Source of the DNA: Callorhinchus milii
Taxonomy: Eukaryota
DNA: 64,000 nucleotides
Reading direction: 5' to 3'
NCBI RefSeq assembly: GCF_018977255.1
Contig: NW_024704742.1
Span: forward strand, 1,986,001-2,050,000
Part shown: positions 10,867 to 24,012 of the stretch, piece after piece
How positions within the stretch are numbered: the first letter of the stretch is position 1
Layout of the letters: the number at the start of each line of letters is the position of its first letter
Position numbers and translations under genes: made by a program
Notes under the pieces: generated by a model
Seen by the model: the letters and a program-made list of their open reading frames with translations, nothing else
The model's database searches: none
What the model was told of the DNA's origin: nothing

Positions 10867-12703
10867 AATAGTTATTATCTTTGCTATTTCGCTAGCTGGG
10901 CGAAACAAAACGCTGATCAGTTTAGGAACCTTCGTCTTAATGTCTCAAATAGTAAGAGAACTTCTGCCGAAACAAACTTGACGCAAAAAGTATGACTTTC
11001 TTTGTTTTATTCTGTCTCGCGACACAGTTTGAGTGAAAATGAATCAACCCTAATACTAATGGAATATGGCACCACCGAGAGCAAATTATTCACAATCTTT
11101 CATTCGTGTAAAAGTCCACTGGAACGCACACTCTCCGGCAGTGCTCGTGAGTTATAAATCTTTCATATTCGGAAAGGAGTTTAAATAGCTCACGTAATAT
11201 CCTGAGCTGGTACTTTGTAGGTTTTATTACAGGGCTGTAAGGGACACCTGCCAAAAGGCTACTAAAAGTTTAATAGTTATGAATGTTATATTAAAACTGT
11301 CAACAGCAGGGGATACGTGTCTGTTGTAATCCGAAATGTCTTTCAACAGTTGCACACTAATCAAGCCGGAGCTTAATGCAATGTTCAGTAAATTTATTCT
11401 GCGCTCGAAACGGTGGGGTGGGGGGGGGGTTTTGCAAGATGTTTTCCGACGCGAAAGGAGCAATACAAACGCAATGTGTTGTTGTTGTTGTACTCGGCCT
11501 GCGGGGGAAGTGAATTACACGTGGATGAATTGCACCGACCAAGTAAAAAGGCATTTGCGATTTTGTATTGCTCCCTCTGAGTGAAGTTCGAAGCCATTCC
11601 AGTCCGAGGTTTAGATGCAGAATGCATTTTTAATGATGTACAAGGTTCAACACTGTGGCACTTAAAACACCAGAATTTAACCAGAGCGTTTCCGCAAATG
11701 GACCTGGAATTTTTGGTGAGTCTGTTTGAGAAATTAAAGGTCGTTTTGGACTCCAATGGTAGGCGTTCGCCTCCATCTCTCAATAGGTCTGGATTCAGGA
11801 AGTTTGTTTTTCATTATCGACCTGTCAAGCTAAAGAGATTTCGAACATAGACAGTCCACATTCATTGTGTTGCTTCGTTTCATTGTCTTGTTTCGCATTT
11901 CATCAACATAGTTGTAGTCAATCGTCTTGAGTCTATAAACATTTTTTTTCTGGAAGTGCGGAGGTCGTGCAAAGCATCGTGTGTATTTTTTTTTGGTGTC
12001 TTCTTCCATTGCAAAGAAAAGGTCGGTTGCATTTCTATTTTTCCTGTTCCATTTCATGTAATTATGACTTCCGGACAACGGTTAATTGTTGAGACCAGCA
12101 GCTGATTAATACAATAAGAAACACTCCCGGTTTGTCCCGTGTTCTTGACCTGCAACACACGTATTGCTTTGTTTGCGAGAGGGTGAAAGCATTTTATATC
12201 CCACACGATCAACTTCAATCACTGCGGAACTTTCTCTGAGGACTTGGTGAGCTTTCCTAACTCAACGAGTAACGCCTAATAAAGTGAGGGTTTGCTTAAA
12301 GTCTTCACCTGTTTTCCTCAATGTTATTTCTGGATTTCCTGCTGGTCACACCTTGACGTTCTTTCCTCCCTTCTTCCCCTTTGTACCCATGAACGTGAAA
12401 GACTGGAATTATAAATTATTATATCAAAGCTGTTTTTGAAACATTGCGATTTTAGCTCCAAAGATTTTCGCAGTTGCCTCCACCTCGCATTGCAGATGGC
12501 CATTATGTAATGAACTATCGAAATGACTGTTGGGGAGAAAATCCACCCGGATCTAGATTTACTCCAGATCCTGATCATTGCAGAGCAACCGAGAGTTGGC
12601 GATTGTTGAATTCTGTCTCACCTTTGAAGCTGCTTTTCTGTACTTCTTGAGAACTACGTCCTTTATTTAGGGTCTTGCCAAGTACTGGCTCGCTCTGAAA
12701 TGT

Positions 12704-13014
12704 TAATAATAACTGTTGCCTTTGATAACAGCGCCTTATCCCAACGTTAAGATATCTCAAAGCGCTTCACAGAACACATTGTAAAGTGAACTGACTGTAA
12801 ACGTTGTGGGCGAAACGCGGCAGCCAATTGCGCACAGCAGCGTCCCCACAGACAGTCGAGGATTGAATGACCAATTTTTTTTTGTTTGTTGGGGAGGGAT
12901 TTTCACCGGCAAGTGATCCTCCAAACGTCTTAACAACCGGGTTCCGAATAAATGCTCGGTAAACAGAGGCGTGCGGAGCGAGGAAATTTGCCTGAGGTTT
13001 CGCCCCACCCGGGA
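12704..13014 (-). mobile_element. SINE family A (long form), 5'-truncated
   Basis: Reverse-strand tail, Deu block (ggcgaaacgcggcagccaattgcgcacagcagcgtcc) and CORE-like block (aacaaccgggttcc...gtaaacagagg). Confidence 0.88.
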
Positions 13015-15631
13015 AATGCTAAGAACATAGCGTGAACCCGAGTGGAACATCCACCGCCAGAAGATTCGAGTTGCCTCACCGGAAAGTCGAGTGTGGCTTG
13101 ATATGTCTCTGTGTCGCGGGTAAATGTGCACGATTGTGAAACGCATGTCACTTCTGTTTGTGACAGGAACAGAAGCAACAGTCAAAGAAAGCGATCTCGT
13201 CACGAGCGGACAAATGCACGCAGACAGAAATCAGCAGTCACGATGTGAGTACCTGCTTGCCTTGCTTACCTGCTCCCTGTTGCTCCGATCACACCCGGCC
13301 TATTTGTGTGTGTGCTTCTTGCCTGTTCTCGTGCCTGTGTTTAATGGGGTGCGGAGAAATAACGTCCGTCTTTTTTGTTTGTTCCTCCGTTGGGTTTTAA
13401 GACCTCCTACTTCGGAATTAGTTAATTACAGATCAGGGTGTACAAGAGCTGGGCTACAGCTCGCTAAATTGCTTGTTTTTGCCCGTAAATACAGTGGTGC
13501 AAGTTAAGTCAAAAGGATTTTTAAAAAAAGATACCCGAATGAAAGACTTATTGCAATCAAACCTTAAAAATGATGATCTGTCCTACCTAGCCAGTGACTT
13601 GAGAAATGAGGTGACCGGACTCAGCTTGGTCAGGTCACAGAGGTAAATGTCAGGCTGGTTTACCGAAAGGATTTCAGCAATCGATTTGATAATTACTAAA
13701 TGGCGCTTCCCAGATGTGACAGACTCCTCACCAGCCTGCTTCCGCCCCACCACCCCACCCTGCCTTCCCGTACCTCTCCCGCAACAACCTCCGCCACTCT
13801 GCCTTACGTTCCCATCGGTGACATCAGTGAAACTGTGTTCACGGCGCTGAATTTCTGAACCACACCATCAGCGCTCCCGGTTGGCGGATGGCAGCGGTTT
13901 AACTGCACACAAACTTAAGAGTGGTTGGTATCCCACTTAAGGGGCTGGGCAGTGTTATCAGTTCCAGGTAAGTGTCAGGTTTGAGAGATCGAGATTGGTT
14001 TCGAACTGAACTGAGCTCCTCATTCTGCCTTGCAGCGGGCGGGCAACAGACTAGATTCTCCCTGTTTTTACACATGTCCCTGCATAGGTTACAAGACAAG
14101 GCACCAATTTCAGCCTGCTCGAAATTGTCTCTCGATTACACCCTCGCCTCCAATCTCCTTTCTTATTGGGAAATAGCACTTGACTGGAAACGGCCTGTCA
14201 TTAATTTGGCAAAGGAGCAATTATAAAATTCACCAGCTGTGTTTTGCTTTTTCGATGATATGTTGGTGAGGCTGGAGCGAGTTTCCTGCTGCTAAAATAT
14301 GAAAACCTGCACGCAAGGCATAATACCCACTGCTCCAAGTTGAATGGAAGCCAAAGTCAATTCTGTCAAATCTCCCAGCCACAAAGTATTCATTTGAGAA
14401 ACAATTAGGTGAAGTTGCTGGGGTGGGTTTCATACGAATCGTTGTGCTGATGCGGTGGGGGAAACATACACCTCAAATCTCTTCCCCACCCCACAGCTCA
14501 ATAGCATCTTTGCACACTGTGGTGTTTCTCTGCGAACGGCGAAATTGTCATTTGAGCGCAGCCAGAAGAGGTCGTTGGTGTAATTGGGTCACCGTTCTGT
14601 GAAAGGCAATTCCAAATGGTCTGATGGTCAGAGAACGAAGATCGCAGCAAGAATAATGGCGTGAAAAAAAAGGCTGTTTCGCTGCTGGTTAGCCACATGG
14701 TGTGTTTCTTTACTAGACCAGAAATTCCGGGTGAAACTGCTGCTCACTACCCGGGCAGACACATGCTAGTCAGATATCAACCAGGCAACTCGGCTGGAGA
14801 TAGGCTGGGAGCAAAGGTCCCACCTCCAGCAAACATGGCCGGTAACTTACTAATTAATCGACACGTTACAATTTTCTAAATGCAAACCCATGTTGGGCTC
14901 TTAATCCGTTTCATGAGATAGAGAAGGAAATGTGACAACCTGATGGAAAGCTCCCTGCGTGAAGGGAAAATGTTGCAAAGACTATTTTTTTCCGCCTGTC
15001 GTCTGATTAGTGCCCGGAATTTGTGGTTTTGCATTTGTTTTTCATGCGAACAATTACGGTTAATCGAGACTCTTTCAAACAAAAACAAAGACTATTTTAA
15101 ACAAAGATGTTGTCAAGTTGCTCGTAAAATTTAATGTGGTGCTTTCGAGACAAGGGGGTGGATGTTCGGATGATCAGGAGAAGCTTGATTGAGATATGTC
15201 AGGACTGACAAACCAGACTGAGAAGGAGAGAATTCCTTTGCTGCATTTACCAGAAGGTTAGTGCTGTGCTTACAGCCAGAGTGAACCTTCTTTGCTCCCA
15301 GTGGTGCAGCTGGACGGAGAGGGAAGCCTGATTTATACTCTTCGCTCTACATCGTTGCTGTTCAAAGAAAAAGCGCAGGTTGCCGAGTTCTGTGAACGTG
15401 TGGATCCGTTACCTCAGCAGAACACAGATGTCAGCTGCTGTCTATAATACCGGTGTAATAACCCACAATTAAGTTGTTCATAATAGAAACATGGAACTGT
15501 CATCTGCTCGAGTCTCTTGACCCGCAGGACTCCCTGGATGGTCAGGGGCGGCTTGAGAGCTTTCAAAATTTGGGTTGGGTGAGAAGGTTGGGTGAGAAGC
15601 TGCTGAGATTTTTCACCCATCCGTGTTCACT

Positions 15632-15755
15632 AATAATAATAATTACGCTAAGGATTATAATCCTTACATTAGGTGTAGCACCTTCCATATTGGGTGGTCA
15701 TCGGAAAGCGCTGCACAGGTAACAACTGTTAGTGGAGTGACTGTGTTATTTGTGT
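15632..15755 (-). mobile_element. Deu-SINE 3' tail fragment
   Basis: ataatccttacattaggtgtagcacctt...aaagcgctgcacagg...gtggagtgactgtg. Confidence 0.6.
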
Positions 15756-16169
15756 TTGTTATCTAAAGACGTGTGTGTTTTTGTTCAGGGGTGAAAACCT
15801 GCGGGTCTCTGGGTACGGAAATCCAATGGCTTTCCCGCTGGCTGGCCCGATCCCCATTCGTGCGGCACATCTTCTGGTGAATGATTGTCAAACACGCAGC
15901 ATGAACCCATCGATGGTATTGGATAAACCCAGCGAGTGCACATTTGACTTCAACTTTCAGGAGTTTTTTGTTTTCTTATTGGGTACCGTTTGCCCAATAC
16001 TTGGGTTTTGTGGGTTTCATTCTTGTTATTGTATGACTGTGATTTCTGGTGGTGTGGTATCACTGGTCATAATTACCACATTTTTCACCCCTAAAATCAT
16101 GAAATAACACAGCTTGCCAACGAATACACGTGTCTGGAACCATCTTACTTGTTAGAGTTTGGGCTTTTA

Positions 16170-16400
16170 GTGGGAAGAATCCCTGCGTGCCATGACTGGG
16201 ACCCTTCCAAGTCCTACCGATGGGCCTTGGGCTGTCATCAGCAGTGCCCTGGAGTACCACAGACCTGCCTGGCTCAGGGAACAGACCACCGAGACCGCCA
16301 CAGAGGGTTGACTCAATTCCTGACATGCTGAGCATGTCACCATCGAGCCAGTTCACCTCCAAGGAGACCCCACTTACCTACCCAGCAACCGCCCACACCC
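16170..16400 (+). mobile_element. Probable I-group (Nimb/Ingi-like) LINE ORF2 relic
   Basis: Frameshifted translation ACHDW.PSKSY / AVISSALEY.RPAW resembles the LAG..WGA....Y.A.I.S..EY...W post-RT region; homologous to 31450-31860. Confidence 0.4.
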
Positions 16401-16739
16401 TTCCTCCCCATTGTATTACTGTGAGAGAGTCCAGAATGCTAAAAGCGGTTGACTTTCATTCCACGAGGTCACTGCGAGGCCTGTCACTTCCCGCACATGA
16501 CAGAAAGTCACATTGATAGCAAACTCAAGACTCAGAAGTCGGCCTTTGTGTTACGCCCGTGCAAAATGGTTGGTGCATTGGAACAAGCCAAAAAGGGCAA
16601 TGAAATGGACTTTCACAGCCCCGTTATATTGCAGTTTCATATGGATTTTCGGGATCACTGCTGGTCACTGCCTTACAGCGGAGATCCACTGTACGATCAA
16701 ATAGTTCTTCGGCTCTCATATTGTCACCCGCGAACGGAA

Positions 16740-17040
16740 TAAAGGAAGCGGCTCAGGACTTAAAGAGTCCTCAGTGACTCCATTAATTCTTAATGGCCCA
16801 AAGTAAGCCTGTCATGCAGCAACTTTGGTGGTCTAAGTGAATGGGCACAGAGGAGCATAACCGAGTAATACAAAACAAATGGAAAGCAATTTTTGTAATT
16901 AAATGGGGCGATTATGAGTAATATAATAAGTAATGTTGCCACTGGGGATCAGTTCACCTTTAAGGAACATTAAGCGATAATTAGCTCTTTAAACTTTTCC
17001 ATTAAAATATCTTCATTATGGTATTTAACAAATTATATCC
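16740..17040. promoter_or_regulatory. Putative conserved non-coding element (enhancer-like)
   Basis: TE-free, AT-rich, with dense TAAT/ATTA motifs (ccattaattcttaatgg, gtaattaaat, gataattag). Conservation not tested. Confidence 0.35.
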
Positions 17041-17777
17041 TCCTGGGTGGGGGCGAGTGGAGTGGGGGGGGATGGGGGGGGGCTGTATTTTTGTGTGCAA
17101 CAACTGAGTACAAGAAAAGTACGGTGTCACATGTAGAGGGTAAAGAGCTGGATATTCGCGACAATAATAATAGTGGAAAAAAAAATCAACATTGTACAAT
17201 CCGAATCTACCGCTTGAAGCTATGGTCTTGTTCCGGACTCCATTTGCTACAGTCGTTTGTGAGTTAGTCAGTGAGGCAAAGCTTATCGCTGCAGTTTACG
17301 AGTTGGCGCAATTGATTATTTGTTGCCCTTAAGAGTGGTGCGATGTTGCAGCCCGGTATAACAATCCGGAAAGAAAGCGTGCTCGCCCATTTGAAGACCG
17401 CGGTTGAACTCATTGGGAATGCTCCAGAAGAGCGTAATGCTCTTATTAGGGTTAGGGTTGTCCCGAGTGGAAGAGGGTTGTTCAAAGACTTCTTCGACCG
17501 TTGTGCTCTTGAAGAAGCTCTGAGTGTTGAAGTGTGTTGGCTGATTCATTCCTCACTGTCGCTGCATTCAGCTTGACGGTTGGGCGTCAACCTACGTGAG
17601 ATGAGCAGCTTTGTCGTGCCGCTTCTGGAAGCAGCCCGCGAACGGTGTGGAGATTACTAGGTTAGTGAGTGACTGAGTCACTTTAATCTCTCTTTCCTGC
17701 TGAAAACCCCACAGTGGGTCGCTGGTGAGTGCCTCGGTTTAATTCATTCGACTTCTAATCTGTTCCTGAAGGTGTCA

Positions 17778-18292
17778 GGCTTGCTCAGTGGGTGGCACGC
17801 TCACTTCTGAGTCAGAAGGTTGTGGGTTCGAGCTCCATGTTTTGGACCTTGAGCTTACAGTCTCGGCTGACACTTCGAATGCACTGCTCAGGGAAAAGGT
17901 GCCGTCCTTTGGAAAAAATGTTAAAGCGAAGTTCTGTCTGCGTGTTCAGGTGGACGTTAAAGGTTTCACGATACCAAGCAAAAAAAAAGGGAAAGGAATT
18001 TCTCCTGTTCTCCTGGACGACGGTCCTGCAGATAAAATTAGTCATTCATTTCATGGTTGTTTGGGAGGCATTGCTGTGTCCAAGTTGGTTGCTTTGTTGC
18101 GCTTACAAAATATACAGTTATACAGTCAACGACAATAATCGCTGATTATTCATGACTCTCACTGCATTTAAAAGAGCCTTTCATGTTGGTAAGATTGTCT
18201 GAAGGCACTGAGGTTCAGAGTAAAAATCCTGTGAAGTGTTTCGAAAGATTTTGACGCCGCGATAAGATATCATAAATGCAAGGATTATTTTA
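17778..18292 (+). mobile_element. SINE family B, full length, with a nested antisense L2 tail (~18128-18210)
   Basis: gctcagtgggtggcacgctcacttctgagtcagaaggttgtgggttcgag head through atgcaaggattatt tail; interrupted after atacagtc by ctgcatttaaaagagcctttcatg. Confidence 0.88.
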
Positions 18293-18970
18293 TTCTAAAA
18301 GTTACAGTTAATTGTTGAATCTCTACCTCGATTTGTTACAGTTTGCTGTGATTTGCTTTCATCATATGAGCAGTCGTGCACGGAACAAGGAAGCAAACAT
18401 ATGGCACTTGAGTGAAAGTCACTACGCTTGGGGTTTGCTTTCCCATTCTTGTAATCCCATTCAAGAGTTTGGGATAGTGTTTCAGAAGTTGAAAGCCACA
18501 GTGGGAGCTACACAGCGGCTAAGAGTTTTTGATATTAATGATATTGGTCAAGCTACGGAGGTGAACAATATGATGTCCACAGACTCCATTTGATGCTTTG
18601 ATTGCAACTGGTTGGCAAAATCCGTGGGCAACGTATCGCAAACCTCAGGTCGTCAAAGAACGGGAAAGGCAGCATCCAAAACACTGAGGAGAAGAGGCCA
18701 ACTTTGGAGTGGTGATTCGCTTTGTCCGTGAGAGTCGCCAAATTAGAGATACAAACGGGAAGTTGCAATTAACGCAATGCATTTGGTTTGCACGCATCGC
18801 AGAGTGGACCCTAACTTCCACGATGGGTGCGGAGGGTGAGTTAAATTGCGCAGTTCAATGCCCTTTTACCGGACGGAATGAGGAAAGTTACCACGACTTG
18901 AGGAAAAATGGTTCAGGAGAACCCGACTGAAAGGTACACACGCATGACTAGTTTGGAGTGAGGAATGTCA

Positions 18971-19360
18971 GCATGGCTCATTTTGGAGGCACTCTTGCAT
19001 TTAGTTGAATCTGAAGGTTACGGGTTTAAGACCACGTATAATCCAGACTGACCAATGTATAGTACTGGTGGTGGGGGATGGTGTGCTGTTTTGTTGGACC
19101 TGTCGTCCTTCAGCTGAAATGTTAAACTGTGGGCATTAAACGGCACTATTCGAAAAGAGAAGGGAGTTTCTCCTGGTGTCCTGGCCGACACTCCCCCAAC
19201 TAAAAGAAACTATTTACTACTTGGTCGTTTGTGCAACTTTGCTGTACCGAACCGGCTGCTGTGTTGGCGTAGAAAATAAACAGGTACTGCACTTTATAGT
19301 AAATCCTGTGAAGCTCGTTGAGAAGTCCTTCCGTAACCTGGACTGCACAATGTCAAAGTA
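18971..19360 (+). mobile_element. SINE family B, degenerate near-full-length
   Basis: gcactcttgc...gaaggttacgggtttaag, ggcactattcgaaaagagaagggagtttctcctggtgtcctggccgac, cctgtgaagc. Confidence 0.75.
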
Positions 19361-20699
19361 ATATTCTTTTGGCTCGCTAAAACAATCAGTGTAAAAAATT
19401 ATACCCTTCTGCTGAACATGGACTGGATGGTTAGGATTTGCATAAAAGTCGGGCTTTTAGATTTTCCAATAAAACCACAGACCGGGGAGGAGGGGGAGGA
19501 GGAACTGAAATTGCCATCCGAGCAGACTTCTAGAGGGTCAGCAGCAACACATCCTGGAGTTTAGAGATCAAACTGTTTTACACAACTCAATTCCGTCGCC
19601 CCTCTGACGCCTCTGACTGGATCTTGCGTGTTACGAGGTTGTACGAATGCTGCGAGTGGGATCTCTTTAGGTCCGATTTATATTTGTCCAGTGGAAGCTC
19701 GGTGAGCTGGGTCCCTATCATCCACGATAACTGGGAACGTGGATATTGTACCAGTATGAAGTTGCAGGTTTGGCGGGTGACAAAATTGTTTGTGTCTTTA
19801 GGGCTTTGAGCTTCGGGAGCTCTCGCACTCCGCCAAGGACCTGGAGCTACTCTCCACGTCGGTGCTTCGTGGATTATGTGAAACTCTCCACAGTTCAGAG
19901 CTCCAGCAGTGCTTTGAGGACATCACCTTGAAGGCCAGGACAGGCCAGACCAGGGCAGGGCAGGCAGTCGATATCATTTCCGCAGGGACTGTTGGCTGAT
20001 CTCTGATTTTCTCATTGAAAGATTAATTAGCCCCAGATTGCAGGATTCTCCAGTGCTTCTCACACTGCGTCGTATCATCATCAGCCGCAGAAGCACTTTT
20101 TTTTTAATTGGTTTGTTACGATTGCAATCATTTTTTTTATTCGCGTAAAATTTCCATTTTACAATCCTAACTAACCGATATCTAAAAAAAAATGAGTGTG
20201 GGACAACACTGTTCCAATTAATGAAGCAAAGCATTGTAGAACGGCGTTTTAAAAATTATTCGTTCTTGCGGGAAGTTAACCTCTTCTCTTTTGCAAACAC
20301 GTCTAGAAAGAGGAAGGCGTGACACCGGTGGGCCGTACACTGTTTATTATTCCGATACTTGTCGTCTCAGACAGAGTGTGGGCGGCTGATAACTCCTGGA
20401 AAGGTGTTACGTTGCGGGAAAGCGTAGGAGTATTTCAAAATAAAAAAAAAATCGAACTTGTAAAATGTGGGCAATATGTTTAAGCTGCCTTGCTGTGTCA
20501 TTACGAAATGATACCTGGATAAACATCGTGCAGCAAGACTAATTTGCGCATGAACATCGAAGAATACTGATACGTCAAAGCATGGCCTTGGTTGTAAAAT
20601 GCCCTATCGCGCATTCACTCTTAAGGGATAGCATCGCTGGTCACGTCGATTTCTGGATCAGTGACACTCGCAGCTGATGCCTTTGTGACATCTGAAAGG

Positions 20700-21120
20700 A
20701 GACGGCTATCAAAGAGAGTGCTTTTGCATTAATGATCTTTGATGTGCTACTTATTTGATAAAATTCACTCGGAGGGCCTCAAATAAAAGAAAAAGGGAGT
20801 GGTAATAGTCCTCTCCTTTAGTCAAAAGGCTCTTACACGTGTTTGTCACTCGCTTTGATCAGAGCCTTTATTTTTCCAACATGTGCTCATTAAAAGAAAT
20901 CATAGCCTGACACATAATAAAGCATTTGAAGTCACATTACCTGGTTTAAAATAAACACAGGGTTTTCTTCTAGCCACTTTTATTTTACAGAGGTAATTAA
21001 TTACAAGTCTCCTCAATTGAAGCCGCCTTCTGAAAAACAATTCCAAAAATTATCGTCTCCAAATATTTCATTCAATTACCTTTGCTTCTTGCTTCAAATA
21101 AACAGGCCGGGCTCCAGCTT
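20700..21120. promoter_or_regulatory. Putative conserved non-coding element with TCF/LEF sites
   Basis: ATCAAAG at 20708, CTTTGAT at 20737 and 20853, taattaatta at ~20995; TE-free. Conservation not tested. Confidence 0.4.
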
Positions 21121-21147
21121 CATAGGGTGAAATGTGCACCGCAAAAA

Positions 21148-21255
21148 ATAATGATAACCCTTGCATTTGATACATCACCTTATCAAGTCGCTGAGACGTC
21201 TCAAAGTGCTTCACAGGATATGCTGTTAAATTTTGCGACTGTGCGTATTTATATC
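21148..21255 (-). mobile_element. Deu-SINE 3' tail fragment
   Basis: cccttgcatttgatacatcaccttatc...gagacgtctcaaagtgcttcacagg. Confidence 0.75.
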
Positions 21256-22104
21256 AACAGTGTCCCGATGTTCCTATGCTGGGTGCGGCGAGCGGAAAAG
21301 CATTCAGTTCCTTCAACACTCCTTATCTTCAGTGAGCGCACATGTTCACCAGAAGAGAAACTCATTTCACATTCTCGTGTTTTCTGTCGGCATCGTTTGA
21401 TGAGTGATTTTCTTCCCGCCCCCTGTAGCTAGGTCTGATTTTCACGTGCAGCGAATCAAGTCAATAAGATCAGATTTGGATGTGCCTTATTTAAAAAGAA
21501 ACGCGAGACGGAAACACTGGAATATAAATTCCCAAGTTGATGGGCTATCTGCGGGTGGATTGAAATTGCATACCACAACTCACTGGTTGATTTCATCTTC
21601 AGAAAGCACGTGTCTTGAATCATCCTCTGTATGTTTTTCACCAGCAGATCTGTGGTTTGAATCACGTGGCAAAATAAGCATCCTTTCTTCCAAAAGTATG
21701 CGCATGCGTGTGTTATACCCAGTGTTCCTGCCACTCTCAATTCACCTGCGGACAGTTCACCTGCTCAGGAAATGTGGTGGAAACCAAGATGAGCCTTGTT
21801 GAATATGAACAATACATCCAAATTCATGTTAAGATGTATGAACCTAACAAAGGAGCGGCAGGTAGATTTTATGTACACTTGGAGATATATGTGAAGTGTT
21901 GGTTCATTATACTCTTGCCCAGAAGGCCTTTCCTCCAGCTTTATTAAAATGGGTTTCACACAGCTACTCTCCCATTAGAATATTTTCTCCTCCTCTCCAG
22001 ATGGCATTGAATTGTACTGGGGTACGACTCCACAGGCACGACAGCACGGTTCGCACACGTCGACGTAATGATGCTGTCTTGCAGGCGATACATTCCTTTT
22101 TCTA

Positions 22105-22389
22105 GGAGTCCTGCAGCTCAGTGGTTAGAGCACTCGCCTCGCGAGCGAGAGACCTGGGTTCGATCCCCGGCAGGGCCAAACCTCGGGCAAGTTTGCTTAC
22201 TCCACACACAGCCTGATGATAATCCCTCAAGAAAAAAAGAGAACAATAATAAAATTGGTCACTTACAATCCGCGACTGTTTGTTTCGACACTGCTGCGCG
22301 CAATCGGCTGCCGCCGTTTCACCCACAACATATACAGTCAATTCCCTCAACAGTATATTCCGTGAAGCGCTTTGAGACATCTAGAAGAC
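22105..22389 (+). mobile_element. SINE family A (short form), terminal tail missing
   Basis: ggagtcctgcagctcagtggttagagc...gggttcgatcccc head, then the Deu block and gtgaagcgctttgagac. Confidence 0.9.
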
Positions 22390-22795
22390 CATTTTTACGA
22401 TGTGCCATTTATAACCATTCATGGATGTGTCAATATTTCTACATCGAAAGCAATGAATTTCGCATCTGTGCCTTTTGTTTCTGCTGTTTTTTGTGGTTGT
22501 TTGGAATGAACGGGTGAAAAGGTTCCCTGAGGTTCCGTCAGCGTTGTAAGACTCTGACTAGGGGGGGATTAAATATTATTCTGTTATGTTATTTGGCGGC
22601 ACTTCACTGCGGAAGTCGTTTGAGAAATCTATTTGTTAGGGTCTGCAAGCCCAGTGATTCACAAACAGCCCAGAGTAAATGAATTTAGATGCTTTTCTCC
22701 TGAATGAATTGAGCTGATCATCAGCTGACAACAATTCTCCGGTCCACTTGCGAGAACACAGCATGGCACAAAACAGGAAAAAGCCATTCAAGCCT

Positions 22796-23086
22796 ATCCC
22801 GGGCGGGGACGAACCTTAGAGCAAGTTTCCTTACTCCGCACGTCTCTGTTTACCCGGCAGTAAAGTGGGAACCCAGTTGATAGTCGATTGGTGGATCGCT
22901 TTCCAGGGTTAATGCTCACTCGATTCCCCGAATGCTTGTGAGACGCTGCTGTGCGCAGTTGGCTGCCGGGTTTGGCCCACAAAATATACGGTCAATCCAC
23001 GTTGCAATATATTTCGTGAAGCTCTTCGAGACATTTTGACCTCGTGAATAGGCGCCACATCAAATACAAGGATTATTATTATCATC
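22796..23086 (+). mobile_element. SINE family A (long form), 5'-truncated
   Basis: gcaagtttccttactcc, ctctgtttacccggcagtaaagtgggaaccc, Deu block, atcaaatacaaggattattatt. Confidence 0.88.
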
Positions 23087-23494
23087 AATTTGTTCCTTTC
23101 AACGGTCCAGAGCCTAATGTGGATGTCACACATCTGCTCCCGGGAATATTATGCATAGGTATACTTTCTAATTGCCAACTATTCATCCGTTTCCCCATAT
23201 CCATTATTTTTACGACTAAAATCTGGTCACTTTCTCTCAACAGACCTATACTGCCCTCCCCCCTTCACCTCCCCCTCCACACACACATCACGACTCCAGC
23301 AGTGTAGGAATCTTTGTGTTCTGTAGTGCAATTTGATCATCTCCTGATCCCTGTATCCTCTGATACTTTGTTCCGTAAATGCGTTATTTACCCAATTCTT
23401 GTTTTGAATGAGTTAACGGCCACAGCACCGACTCCTTCTGTCGCGAGTGTTTTATCTGCTTTGCTATGGAGGCAGAAGGACTTCTTATTAATCT

Positions 23495-23718
23495 CAGGAG
23501 TGGAGTTAACTTCCTCTGGTGTCCTGGCCAAGGATTCCCAAATAAAATCTGTCGTTCACTTCAAGCTGTTTGTGGGACATGGGGCTGCGTACAAATTGGC
23601 CAACACGTTCGCCCATAAAACACATCGTCACTCCACTTTAGAGATCATTCTGTGAAGCCCTTTGAGACATCTTCCTGACATGAAAGACACGAGAACAAAT
23701 GTACAAATTACTATTATC
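23495..23718 (+). mobile_element. SINE family B, 3' half
   Basis: ctggtgtcctggccaa, gctgtttgtgggacat, tacaaattggcc, ctgtgaagccctttgagacat. Confidence 0.75.
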
Positions 23719-23751
23719 TATTTCGAAAAAGCCCAAAGGCTTGAGCAGGGT

Positions 23752-24012
23752 TATAGGTTCATAGAATCCTACAGCACAGAAAGAGGCCATTCAGCCCATC
23801 ATGATGTGCTGGCTCTTCGAAAGAACTGTCCAGTTAGTACCTACTGCCCCGCTCTTTCCCCATAGCCTGGCAGATTTTTTTTCTTTTCAAGTAAATATCC
23901 AGTTAACCTTTTGAAAGTTATTATTGAATCGGCTTCCACCAGCCTTACGGGCAGTGCTTTCCAGATCGAAACAGGATCGCAGTGTGAAGAAAATTCTCCT
24001 CATCTCCCCTCC
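23752..24012 (-). mobile_element. CR1-clade LINE 3' end
   Basis: catagaatcctacagcacagaaagaggccattcagccc (rc of the CR1 3' terminus) and ttccagatc...gtgtgaagaaaattctcctc (rc of the ORF2 C-terminus). Confidence 0.85.

Noticed and set aside
13960..13975. Strong donor CAG|GTAAGT on the plus strand (and CAG|GTAAGC on the minus strand near 13270)
   Set aside because: No convincing paired acceptor or coding frame; expected by chance.
17446..17459. Telomeric TTAGGG dimer
   Set aside because: Only two units; chance level.
22105..22178. tRNA-Ala genes (also at 2950-3019, 10467, 34859, 50575)
   Set aside because: Each continues directly into SINE body sequence and carries non-canonical positions. They are SINE heads.
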